DNA of 53,722 bases, counting the filler, from Sphacelaria rigidula (taxonomy: Eukaryota), in assembly GCA_964200075.2 (NCBI GenBank). It is 5 parts of 5 records of this genome, joined end to end, with 100 filler letters (N's around TTAATTAATTAA, not from the genome) between each part and the next. Parts side by side here need not be neighbours in the genome. Positions count along the whole stretch, not along the records: positions 10,767 to 21,431 come from CAXNAA020006116.1; positions 21,532 to 32,195 come from CAXNAA020006117.1; 3 more parts are not named here. One strand, written 5' to 3'. The translations under genes and the position numbers were made by a program. Shown here one piece after another: positions 12,311-24,122 of the stretch; position 1 is the first letter of the stretch; each line of letters starts with the position of its first letter. The notes beneath the pieces are model-generated. The model searched no databases, was not told the DNA's origin, and worked only from the letters and a program-made list of their open reading frames with translations.

Positions 12311-13455
12311 TGCCCAGTTCGGCCCGCAAGACTCTCCTCGTCAACCAAAGTACACAACGCGGGATTTCAGTATGATCTGTTTTGCAACTGTTCCACCCAA
12401 ATGGTACAAACACAATCACAGTTATGCGGTGGCAGGGTTGAGTCATCGAGGACTGTTCAGATGCTACACGCAGATATCACCTCCACGAGGGACGCAAGGT
12501 AGGGAAGTGATGAGCCTACTCCAAGCGAACTCAGGACCTATCGCACTTCACCATACGATGAAAGCCGACACAGTGAGATGTTAATACTAGCACGAAGAAC
12601 AATTATCTCCTCCAGCTAGCCCTCCCCTGCGATATTTCCCGCCGTGACATTATTCGTCCCCAGGCTCTCCCTATCGAATTATTTGGCAGAAATTATTTGC
12701 GCTCTTCAAAGCGTTTGAGCGGTACTGTCGTCGCCTTAGCCGCCTCACCATCACGCGGCCATTCGCCTGACTGTCCGCTATAACCCAGCGAAGGGAAGCT
12801 CACTCGCGCTATATATGCGGCTGATAGTACTAGCCCCGACCGCACCCCCGTATACCAGCTGCATCGGTCAGACGGGCCAGCGGTTCAGGCAAGAAATTCA
12901 ACAACCAGCTGTGCGGCTGGCGATCTCTAGTTTCGAAAAGCTCGTGTACTGTCCTCGATCCGGTAACTCTCGGAGTGAACTTGAATATACCTCTCCGGTT
13001 GGTGCAGGAATCCTACATAGCTCTTTTCCAGCGGTCGTGTGCATTCCACCGCATGACTCCCCCCCCGCTCGCCGCAGCCTCGTGCGTTCTAGGCGATGTC
13101 CTGTGCACCGCTCAAGACTCCACTTGTTAACTCCGCAATCTTCGCCCTTATGCCGTCTACGGAGTCTCCCAACGTTCCTACCTCCCCTGCCGATAACACA
13201 TTTTTTGCAGAGACCTGTAGCCTCTGCTATACGGCTTGGTATCATTTGGCCACAGACCTTAACGATAGCGTTGTCTTCGTCCGACATCTTGGGACCACAA
13301 CCACATTGGCAGCTCTTCTACAGTGATGCTATGTTCGAACTCCCGTCTGTCAATGAATCGGACACAGCTGCCACAACGGATCAGAGAACGGATCTGGTGG
13401 GCGATCGGAGATGAACGGCAGGAATCTTTCTTCAGAGTTGGGGGGCAGAGGAGGG
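12311..13455 (+). CDS. Candidate upstream exons of the Tubby-like gene (structure unresolved)
   Basis: Donor-like sites at 12499 (gtaggg), 12963 (gtaact) and 13456 (gtgagc). The peptide RGLFRCYTQISPPRG resembles the first strand of the Tubby domain. No unique phase-consistent chain could be fixed. Confidence 0.3.
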
Positions 13456-14159
13456 GTGAGCAGCGTGCACACCTGCTCACCAGCATGAAAGTGTGACACA
13501 CGCTAAAGCCCGATATAACAATTCACCCGAAATACAAACGTCCCGGAGGCCCAAACAATGCTCAGAAGCTCAGCTGCGTGTTCAATTGCATCATACGGCA
13601 TCCACCTGAAAGTACAAGATGATCAAGGGTAGGTCGAGTACAGTATACTCAATTGCGGGGGGGTATTTTGAAAGTCTTACTCTACTCAAAGTACACATAT
13701 TGGGAGTAGGGTTTCAGGAATCGCTTCCCAGCTATTTTTTGGGTACGACTCCCAACACTCTACCCTAACTTGAGTACCCCAAGTACGTCTTTCAAAATAC
13801 CCCGCAAATGAATATACTCTACTCGACCTGCCCTTGAAGATGATGTACACCTCCCGCGTGTGAACATCTACAGGTATATCCACGTCAAGGTACGACATAA
13901 TACCACCATGAACGTGTACGCCGTTGTCGATGTTTCCCTCAAGTACGTAACCTTACCCCTGTGTGTGATTTTGTCTCGAGTGGCCGCTGCAATTAGTAAC
14001 TTGAGACACCCTGCCTTCTCATTTCGGCGGCGGACAAAGGTCCCCTCATGCATTCCCCACGTATTTTTTGTGCAAAATAAAGTAATCCTCCCTCGCCGCC
14101 TCCCGCCCCCCCCCGCCCCCCACACACACTGTTTTTGTGAACCGAGCGCTCTCACGCAG

Positions 14160-17100
14160 CTCTTGGCCAGCAAGACAGCATACTACATCGTGTGTATGCG
14201 ACAGGATGACTTGTTCAGAGACAGCGGGAAGAGAGGGGGGGCGTCTTTCCTGGGAAAACTGAGGGCCTCCAGCGCAGCGCACGCCGAGTATTGCTTGTAT
14301 GACGGGTAAGGAATCTTGCTTGTGGACAGTAACGGGGACCCCGAGCGGCAAAGGTCCAGAATTATTCATGGTTGTTGTCAAGTGGTTGCCGCCTGATGCT
14401 TCAATGGGGTAGCCCGCCCGTAGTGTTCGTGAATGGTCACGCTTCAAAGCAGTGAGGCCCTCACCACGGGAGAATCAGACGCAGTGAACTCACGAATGGA
14501 TCGTGGGCGTTGTGAGGCCTTCATCATTTATCACCTTCATCGACGCCTGGACCGCCTGAGGCCTGGTGCACTTGCTGATGTATAGCAATATCGCGTAGAC
14601 GTACGATGGCTTTGCAATGGAAAATACTGCTGCTACTGCTGCGCGTGTGTTCGTTATAGCTCGTCTACAAACATAAGCCAGTAGTTATGATACTCCTAGA
14701 CTACCGTATATCCCGTAATTCCTCGCCCACAAATGCTGCCCTATGTTTGTACACGAGCTATATTGAACACCCTCCTTAGGTGTATAGACTAACAAGCCTG
14801 AGCATTGACCTGATTGCTACCGAAGAAACCACCGCGGATCGTACTTCGTAGTGTCATCGTCCAAGACTTCAAGTAACAATGTCTACCAGAAAAACAGAAC
14901 ACATAGTGAAACCTAGCCCCTACCGAAGCGGAAATCGCGGTGTCTTTCGGAACTTTCTTCACCAGTGGCTTTCGTGAGAATATTCACATGGTGATCTTTT
15001 GATCGAAGATACAAGTACTTTACAGAGATGTTACCGCTGGCAGCTAACTCCCTGAGAAAATGGTGCTGTATGTCACTGTGCTTGCCGCTGGACAAGCTCA
15101 ATTTTTGCTGTTAGCTAAGTCTATTACCCCCTTGTTGCTCTCAAAAACGCCAATGTTTATCGGTCCCAAACTTAGCATTAGAAACGCTAGTATCCCCCTA
15201 ACAGACGGGGCGGGGCCTCTTTTAGTTTGTCTGAAATTGCTGAACATTCTCCCTCAGTGGTAAATAGGGTGACGCAGTTCTACGTCCTAGATAACCAGAA
15301 ACGGAATATCGGTCCTCTGCCTTGTGAGCATAGTCTGCGTCTACGGACGTATCGAAGTCAAACTCGAACTGGATATTCCTCAAGTCACTCGCCCTCTTGC
15401 AAAGCAAACCTGAATCCGACGTGGCACTTAGATACTCGAGTATCTTCAGTGCCACTTTGTAGAGAATCGGCTTGGGTTCATGCACGAATCGTGCGATTGC
15501 CCGAACCGCATTCGCAATATCGAACCTCGTCTGGTTTGCAGTCCACATCAGCCTCTCGACGATCCCACGGAAAGGGGCATCCACCACGGTCTCCTCCTCG
15601 CTTGCGCACCTGAGGTCTAAGGAAGGGGTAGCGGGGATGGGGCCGGTCTTCAAGACGCCAAAACAATTTAGCACACTCCGAATGAACTGGGTGTATAAAA
15701 TCTACAAGGTGCCCTTTTCCGGGTGCCTTTTGTACTCATTGCCCGTGTACCACGCCACCTCCACGAGACGTTTGGTTGGAAATTTCTGATTGAAGGAACT
15801 GTTTACCATTCGCAGACACCCCCTCAGTAGCTGCAATCTTGATGTCGTCCACATGAAAGACTATCATCGCCACAACGTCACCAGTATCCCTCAGTTGGAA
15901 CACATGGGGATCTACCAAAAGCATTGCTCAAAACCACACTCTACCAGGGTTTGACGACAACAGCCAATACAACGTAACGACCACTCTGCTTCAGGCCGTG
16001 TAACATTTTGTCGAGACTCACTTCTTACCGATAAGTGTTCGCGTCACGCTTGAACGCATATCAGGGGAGACAACCCAGCCACTACCGCTGACAAGACGGG
16101 CGATTCGGACTACGAAGCTGAGGCTAAGTCACCACGGAACCTGGCTGATGGTGGTACCGCCAAGGGATCGAGCAAAGAGAGCAACGCCCTTCGGAAGGAA
16201 CTTGGAGTTATTACTTACAACTTTGACAAGAAAGATCAGGTGCGACCCTTGCCATTGCGCTTCAAGCTTAAGTAAGCTTTTACCAGCAGTTTCTCGCCCG
16301 GATTTTTGGGCTGGTCCGCCACGACCTTGTCGCACGACCCTACTACCTTGGCTCTCCACGATATTCCAATATTTTTTCTGCACAAAACCTTGTATTGTCC
16401 GTTTGACTGTCTACCTTGTTACGGGGCAGAAGCATGGTGAAAATTTTGGCGCCCTGCAAGCTCTGGTGAAGGACGCTTCTACAATTTCGGGGCGAGGGGG
16501 GGAGGGGGGGGGCGTATTTATTTCTCGCTTGCCTCAATCGTTTGACCATTGACCACACATCCCTTGCGAGACGGAGCAAGGGGAGGGGGGAGTATTCTGA
16601 GCCACTTCTTGCCGAAGGGAATCAAGGAACCAGTTTTTGTTTTGCATCAATGCTCTTGGTATCAATACATGACACACGTTCACACCGCCCAGCAACGATT
16701 CCAACCACATACAGGCGCAAAACGAGTATGTCAGGTCGTCTACCACACCTACCTATGAGACCCTTTGTTTTGTTTAACGTTCCCCCTCTCTCTCGCTCTA
16801 AAGTGCGAACTGTGCGGCGTGTTGTGAGTGGTTAACGACTTGTGTGTCTCACGCTACACCCGAAGACGTTGGCATGTCGCTGGTACAGCTACTGTTGCGT
16901 TCACGGGCGTACCTGCAATGGCACGACCTTGCCACCTGGTTTTGGAAATGGGGTGAGTGACTCCATTTAGTTCGTGTGGAGCTAACATCTTTACACGACG
17001 CCGCGGTTTTCTTGCTTGCCTGCTGCAGCGAACGGGTAAGCGCCGAATGGAAGTAGCAATACCGCAGCTGCACCAAAAAGGAGACGCATGGGAGCCAGTG

Positions 17101-18632
17101 ATATGGCAGCCAAGTGATACCAAAGAGAGTATGCCACTCAACTTTGGTCGGGTTCGATATCAGGTGAAAATTCAGGGAAAAAAAAAGTGAATTGAAAAAA
17201 AATCTGTGATTGGTACATGCCTATTTACCCCCACCTACAGTGTCTAGAGAGCCAGTCTGCCAAGAAAAGTTTGGAATCGTAAGATTGTAGAACAGCATTG
17301 AAAAATCGACACACACCAAGTGATACATCGGCATGTAAAGAGCCAAACGGACTGCCTCGGTCAAAAGGTTGAGCGTGAGTCCGGAAAAAGTCGTTTTGCC
17401 GGATCATTGCTGCTTCATTTAGGAGGTATAAATCGAACCGTTTCTGGTGTCGCAGGTGTGTTGGCTCTGAGTCAGGCAAAGGAGATAGTGCCGAAGTGTT
17501 CCGCTGGTTGACGAAGAAACCTCGAAATATTTCCGGTGACGCGGTGCGCTTCTCTGATAATCAGGGGGCGCAAAACCAGCTACAAGATGACCGCCTGCTG
17601 GTCATGCACCAAAGAGAAAGCAGATACGACCCGCTGTCGTCCTGTCTGGTTGACTTTAGGGGACGAGCTACCGCCCCCTCGGTGAAGAACTTTCAACTCA
17701 TCAAGTCGTGTCCGGAGGACAAGTGAGTTCGCGTCTTGCTGATTTCGGAGCTTATCGTGTCCACCGTATTCCTTCGAGAATGGAGCTCTGATCACCCCTG
17801 AGGTCGTCGTCGGTCACATTGAGGTTATGACCACGCTTTCATTGCCGTAGCAATCAGCATTATCATAACGACATTGACGGTCTCGAGGGTGTTTCATTCA
17901 TTCGTTGCTAGTTCTGACTACAGTACTTTCGACACAACCAAAACCAGAAGTGTGTTCATTTTTTGCTTAGTGGTGAACCGGAACGAGGTTGTAGCTTCCA
18001 CACTCTGTTTGTCCCGATAATATCTTAATCACGGAACCAATGAACAAAACACGGTCGCCGACAGCGTGTGGACACGGGCTGGATGAAGGGATCCCTGGCA
18101 TGGTAACCACAGATGCACGCCCTTCTTGCCTCGCTCGTGTGCCGTTATGTGCCACACGTGACGTTGGCAGCATAAAACGGGCACGGTACTTCAGCGAAGA
18201 CACGGGAAACATCGAAAGCGACGACGTACCGCGACCGGTTTGGCTACAAATGGGAAAGGTAAGAGCTCTTGACGCAATCCCGAAGTATGTTTGCACCAAC
18301 GGCAGTTATCTGATGAATAGTCGATGGATGCATCGACCGGCAAGGGCCGATTCGTCCCGGGATGTTTGCTGGCGGTCAATGAAAAATAACCTCAAGGAAA
18401 CCTCTGCGGCGCTACATGTTCATTCAGCCACGTCTACAGTATGCCAACGGTGCATCTCAACCTCAGTCAGTCTTCCAACGGCACAAATCGTTGAATACTG
18501 ATTATCGGTATACGTGTCATGTTGCTTCAGGTGGGCAAAGACTGCTTCAATGTGGATGTGGAGTGGCCCCTTTCGTTGCTGCAGGCCTTCGCGATCTGTC
18601 TCAGTCGCTTTGACACGAACGCCCATTTTTAA
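14160..18632 (+). CDS. Tubby-like protein (Tub C-terminal domain); six 3' coding exons, N-terminus upstream
   Basis: Exons 14160-14305 ([24 protein letters not shown]...YCLYDG), 16065-16239 (GDNP...[11 protein letters not shown]), 17029-17163 ([10 protein letters not shown]), 17565-17722 ([19 protein letters not shown]), 18171-18258 (VWLQMGK) and 18531-18632 ([28 protein letters not shown]..stop). All introns are GT-AG, all junctions are phase-compatible, and motifs follow the Tubby order. Confidence 0.92.
14648..14769 (-). mobile_element. Putative 122-bp 3' LTR of the Copia relic, with ~34-bp terminal inverted repeats
   Basis: On the minus strand, purine tract AAGGAGGG (14777-14770) is followed directly by TGTTCAATATAGCTCGTGTACAAACATAGGGCAG. 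The other end on the plus strand reads TGTTCGTTATAGCTCGTCTACAAACATAAGCCAG, giving TG...CA termini. Confidence 0.65.
14913..16020 (-). mobile_element. pol: Decayed Ty1/Copia pol (RT and RNase H), intronic and antisense to the Tubby gene
   Basis: Frameshifted fragments VDPHVF...MIVFHVDDI (RT YVDD motif), [27 protein letters not shown]...DRYSVSG and [12 protein letters not shown]...ILTKA (Copia RNase H). Confidence 0.92.
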
Positions 18633-19531
18633 TGTTGCGGAAGGACGGTTCCACGGTGAGGAGGAGAGCGCAAATTATTGCCCGAAATGACGGGCTTCAT
18701 GGGTGCGATGCACCATGGTACACTTTGGGAATGGGTGCGATACACCACGGCACACTTGGAACGTGCGTTTTCGCCAGGTGAAGCATCAAGCTAGACATAT
18801 CGCTGTCTATCGAATCAAGACCATCTACATACTGGAGCCTTACTGTCCCAAGAAACGCCTCATAAGTGAGCGCCTGGCATTTTGGATCAAACCCTTCCCT
18901 GTTTCAAGAACATAGGTGTAGTTGCGGGTAAGCCCCCCCGCTCCTGTGGGGTACTCAAGAGGATGGCCTACCGTGTGTACGTAGCTCACTAGTAATTCTG
19001 GTTTCCCTTGAATACGCAAAAAGTAGAAATGTGCACTGCAGCTGCTGACGTGAGCAAAGCGCTGTCACCCTGACCCCGTCAGTTTGGTCAGCGCTGCACG
19101 TTGATTCGGGCGTAGTTTTAGCTTCACAACTTCCACCTGTTTCGCGCCGATTGGGCAACAGCAAGTGTTCACGCATTCAGGGGTGTCTTGTTAGTACCCT
19201 GTGGGAGATCACATCTTCATGCTGGCCCCTGACAGCTCGGCGATCTCTTGTTTTTCTCCTCAGACTTTGAATCGCCTTCCCTTCCTCGGGATGAGTATTT
19301 AGTCTCGAGGAATCTCAACCCATCTCTCCCCCAACGCACTCCTTACATTTTTGTATCGTCGATTTGATCAACACTCTCGCACCGTATCGACTCTCATCAA
19401 ATATATTTTCTTTGCTACTCGCGTCCTCATGCTTTTAACGACGAAGATCAGAAAACTGCACGAAAGAGACGGAAAAAAAAGTAGCTGCCGGGATGCAGAC
19501 CTTCAATCTTTCATTTCAACATCACAAGATC

Positions 19532-19737
19532 CAAGGCTGTACACGTTACAAGATCACGTTTCAAAAGTCAAGCCAGGCTGGTACTACGGTGGAGGACCAC
19601 GAGGGGAGCCCTTATTTGACTTGACTTTTTTTCAAAACAGGGCTCCCCACGTGGTCTCGTCGTCCCCCACCGTAGTACTAGCCTCACTTGACTTTCGTGT
19701 AAAACGTGAAACGAGAACGTGTAACGTGTTCAGCCTG
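19532..19737. mobile_element. ~205-bp hairpin MITE
   Basis: GGCTGTACACGTTACA...AAAGTCAAG..AGGCTGGTACTACGGTGG.GGAC...GGGGAGCCCT is mirrored by AGGGCTCCCC...CCACCGTAGTACTAGCCT...TGTAACGTGTTCAGCC. Confidence 0.75.
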
Positions 19738-20360
19738 AATATATCAACATACGCGATCGCTCAAACACCACCCCAGCACACGATACCCTTCATACATGTG
19801 ACAACGAATACACACAAAATCTTGCTTGCGTTGCACCCGACAACCACCACACATGTACCGGAAGATACAACACCGGAGTCGCGCACTCTTGTTGTCGATG
19901 GTCGGTAGCCAACCTTTACGTGTCCGGCACAAGCGGAAGACACACCAGCCACAAGACGACATTTAGCCACACAGTGACCATGGTCCACGCTCCTATTGCA
20001 ATCCATACTGTGTCAACCTGGGAGAACACAAGCAAGCGACATCGGTAAGCAGTCGCTCACGTCGAATAGGGAAGACAATGGCGAGAGACCAGACACGGGG
20101 ACCACAGGCGACAGGTACAACACAACTCGGAGTCCTGTACTGCATGGAGAGTCAGTGTGCAACGTTCGAACGATCCAGGCGTCAACTGCTGCATATCAGA
20201 ACGGTAACAAGGTGACAGGACAGCGGTTTTGGTGCTTTTTTTCGGGTCGCGAGGAGAACGATTTGCCACAAAAGCACACAGACACACACGCGCGACCACG
20301 ATATCTACACCGCTTTTGAAGAGAACAAGATCAAGCACGAACGGGGATAGCCACCACTCA

Positions 20361-21362
20361 CAGAGTTCGTTGCTCAAGGGTGCCCGTCTTGAGCGCGTTC
20401 ATCACTTCGTCGTTCTCCTGGAACTTTTCTATCGCATGCTGTATGGTCTGAGGGGTACAAAGAAGGCACGGTTAAGGGGGTTAGAATAGGGTTGAGGATC
20501 CAACATTTTCTTCTATCGAAATCACTTGAATAATTCAAGGCTTGGAGCACTGCTCCGAAACGATCAACGTCACCCGACCATGCCGACTGGAGTGGTGTGG
20601 ACAAGAGTGGTGCTTTTCAGTTTCACAAGTGGCACACCTGCGAGTTTGAAAACAGACGTTGAAAGACTACATTGGAGCTCGAACGAAGCACGCGAATGGT
20701 CACCGTTTTCGTGCGCGAGGTACACTCACACTGGAGTCCAAGCCGAATGGTTCAAGGGCGACATCCACCGCCGCTTGGCTTCGCCTGCCGTATAAAATGT
20801 TCATTTCCATCACAGTCGACGGATCTTGGAAGCTCTTGCCCTGAAATTCAAGAGAAAAAAAATCAAAACGACGGGTAGATGCCAGGTCGCGCAACGCCGA
20901 CAATGTCATTCCAACTATAAAGCTGCCAAACGTACAGTTTGACTGCAAAAATATTCTTGCATGAAGGTCGCAACTTGCAGTTGGGCAACAGGCAGCACAA
21001 CGTACTTTTATGAGGGCGCAGAAACATCATATGCTGCAGACCCACGATATGAGAAGTAGCAGACGTTTCACTTACTAACACCGATGGCTGACCTTGCATC
21101 AAACCGAACAGTTTGCGTGTTGCCTTGCCTGGGAGAGAAGATCTTCCACAACTTCTCTAGTGGCGTTCATTGACACCGAAAAGTACGTTTTGATGACCTC
21201 CACCATCTTCTCCTCTGTGAGGTCGTCTGGAACGTCTCCTGCGTCTTCCGAGGGTAATCCAGCGACCGCCATGTACATCTTTTTCAAGTTTTTCATTGCT
21301 TCATTCACCTGGTCAGGAAAGACATCGAACCATGTAAAATACTGGGTCATTTTTTGCCACAC
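20361..21362 (-). pseudogene. Multi-exon coding relic with premature stops, family unassigned (possibly transposase)
   Basis: Exon-like blocks: ~21362-21093 (WQKMTQYFTWFDVFPDQVNEAMKNLKK...HANCSV*CK, then gtcag), ~20840-20730 (ttcag, GKSFQDPSTVMEMNILYGRRSQAAVDVALEPFGLDSS, gtgagt), ~20637-20527 and ~20446-20361 (PYSMR*KKFQENDEVMNALKTGTLEQRT, gtgagt). Confidence 0.45.
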
Positions 21363-21431
21363 TTTAAACGCCCTCCCCCCCCCCCCCCAAAGCCTGGTCC
21401 GGCGAGAACCCGGCGTGCTCCGTCCCGGCCT

Positions 21432-21531
21432 NNNNNNNNNNNNNNNNNNNNNNNNNNNNNNNNNNNNNNNNNNNNTTAATTAATTAANNNNNNNNNNNNN
21501 NNNNNNNNNNNNNNNNNNNNNNNNNNNNNNN
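21432..21531. other. Artificial 100-nt scaffold linker
   Basis: N44-TTAATTAATTAA-N44. Confidence 0.95.
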
Positions 21532-24050
21532 CATGGAACTTCGATGGCGGGAGGCAACTCAACACGTGTTACCTGACGCTATGTCACGCCTGCCTCATCA
21601 ACAGGGACCAGGAGATGACATAGACGACTCATTCCCCGACAATTTTACCGCCAGCACACCCTCGGAAACCGCAAGGTCTTGCGGTCCACAATTAGACGGA
21701 AAATGATTGTCGGAATTGTCACCTTTTGATTTCACGGGAGAAGGCAAGACTATAGATGAGACGAGATACGTAAGCACCTCGCGATCGCTCCCGTTCGCTG
21801 ATTGCGCGTCAATAGAAGACGAATCACCTCGTCGTTCCCCCAGAATTCGCCGTCCGTCCGTACGCTTGCAATTCCCAGACGCTGCTCGCATACATTCCGT
21901 GCCCGCAGATGTTCAGATGAACCTTCAGCCGTCGGTAGGTATCACACCTATCGAAGCCCCAACGAGGGAGTCTACTCCCATCACCCCTGCCCCGGTCCGT
22001 GGGAGGCCGGAAGTGGAGGAGGTGCTCATCGCCGGGGGGGACAAACCCTCGTCTACGGTGAAAACTGCAGTAGACACGTCGGCATTCAAGAGGGCGATCC
22101 CGATGTTGACAAACGCATCCGCGCTGAAACGCGCACAGGAGGAGGACCCGTTCCTGGGGCAGGTGAGATCGATACTGAAGGCAGAGAAGGAACACTGTAC
22201 GAATGGCAAGGATGGCAAGGATGGCAAGAGTATGGTGAGTACAGACGAGGTGCAGGGGGGAAAGGAGGTGCCCAATACGAGGGATGCAGACTGTGAGCTT
22301 GTGGCGAGTGCCGGCGAGGTACCAGAGGAACCCAGTACGGAAAATGATGTCAAGATTAGGGTGAGTGACGACGTTGCACACCAATACAGTCTAGACGATC
22401 AAGGTGTGGCGTGGCTAACGAAGGACAGTAAAAAACCGTTGCTAGCCATCCCCTCGGTCATGGTACCTGACATCTTGGCGTCGGTACACTCCTTACATCG
22501 CCAAATCGGAGTAGGAGCCACGCTGTCTTTGATGCGAGATCGCTTTTTCTGGCCGTCAATTGTAAAGGATACCAGACTGTACGTGTTATCTTGCAGCTGT
22601 AGAAGTCCAATAGCTGTAAGATCGCAATGACACCGGGACGAGCCGTAGAACCATGGGAAGAGTTGGAGATGGACCTGCTGAGCATAAACACTGCATCGCT
22701 TACGAACAACAAGTACATTATTTTGATCGTAGACCGAGCCTCCAAGTTTCCCTTCGGCTTCCCACTTCAAACAAAGCAGGCTCAAAGTGTAGCTCGCATC
22801 CTTGCTGAACTCTGCTTGACATTCGGCGTCCCCCGCAAAATCCGCAGTGATGGAGGAAAGGAATTTAGAGCTGAGGTGGTGACACACCTGTGCAGGTGGC
22901 TGAAAGTAGACATTGCTTTTGGGCCCTCTAATCACCCCAGAGGCCAAGGAGGAGTCGAGAGGCTGGGGGGATGGCTACTAGACATGCTGGCAGAGCTGTG
23001 TAGGTCGTGGCCCCAGAGATGGGACGAGTACGTCTCCCCAGTGCTCTGGGTCAAGCGTACCTTGCCAGACGTTTCCCTACCCTCAGACATGTCCCCGTTT
23101 GAGCTTCTGTTCGGTCGTGAACCTCGCACGTCTCTAAATTCTCTCATCCCCCTGAACCAGGAGAAGGAATCAAGTAACGGTCTGGATGCCTCCGTGGAGT
23201 AACGTAGACAAAACCTCAAGGATGTACGTCTAGCTCTTGACAAAAGACACGCGGCGAAAACATCGACTCGTGCGAAGATGAGCGCCTCAATCTTGAGACC
23301 TTATCCCGGAGTGGCGGCGAGAGAAGGGAATCTGGTCATGGTACGTGAATCAGACAGCACGATACATCGGGACGGTAAGGGGAGGAAACTGCAACACGAA
23401 AAGTACACGGGGCCCTGGAGAGTGAAGGAAGTGCTGATGACCGGCCTCAGTGTAGAGGTAGTCATGCAGGGGCGCAAACGCCGTACACGTAGAGTAGCAG
23501 TCTCCGACGTGAAACCCTTCCATGTTCGCCCACCGCATCTCAGGCACTCGATAGCCGACGAGTTCGCTCAATACGTATGGGTTCAAATTGCAAATCCAAC
23601 ACCGCTCCTCCCCAAAGTCAGGAGTTCGTCACTTTGGTGGACCGCCGAGAGATCTACTCCATGGCCGGCACGTGACAATGGGAATACAAGGCCAGGTCGT
23701 TGGAAGGGAAGGTGTCAGCCTGGCTGCCAGACAGCCAGCTCCGGAACAGCTTTTCCTCTCTGGTACTAGACGCTTTCCACGCACTTCGGCACCTGTACAA
23801 CCCCGCAGTTGCACCCGATCCGCCCCCGCACTCCAAGAAGCGCCCCGCTCCCCTGTCGCGTAGTGACGCCTTGAAGCTTTTCCCAATAAGTGTTACTTTC
23901 TGGAAAGACGTTCGAGGTCTCAAGGTCAAGGGTCAGGTGTATGACTACGGGAGTCGCTTTTGGCGAGTACGATACGAAGACGGAGACTGGGAGGAACTAT
24001 CCCGCCAGGGACTAGACCGCTCAACGCGGGAAAAAGGACCCCTACTTTGA
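21532..24050 (+). mobile_element. pol: Decayed Ty3/Gypsy pol 3' half: RNase H end, integrase, chromodomain-like and Tudor-like tail
   Basis: PDAMSRLP (RNase H end); H..HRQIG...RFFWPSIVKD..YVLSCSC (Zn finger); PWEELEMDL, IVDRASKF, FGVPRKIRSDGGKEF, HPRGQGGVER, SPFELLFGREPR (rve core); KYTGPWRV (GPY/F motif). Several stops and frameshifts. Confidence 0.93.
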
Positions 24051-24122
24051 ACTGGAGTGGGAATGTCTAGGAATAGTCGGTATATGAAATGGTACAGGAT
24101 ATCATTGCACAGGGAAGGGGGT

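Noticed and set aside
12815..13414. 199-aa single-exon ORF, and similar long ORFs at 8044-8634, 19351-19908 and 41937-42548
   Set aside because: No recognisable domain; they run through repeats or splice sites and are likely chance or exon-plus-intron read-through frames.
21100..21120. In-frame TGA as selenocysteine (CSV*CK)
   Set aside because: A neighbouring exon has a TAG stop and another appears frameshifted, so decay is more parsimonious; no SECIS identified.
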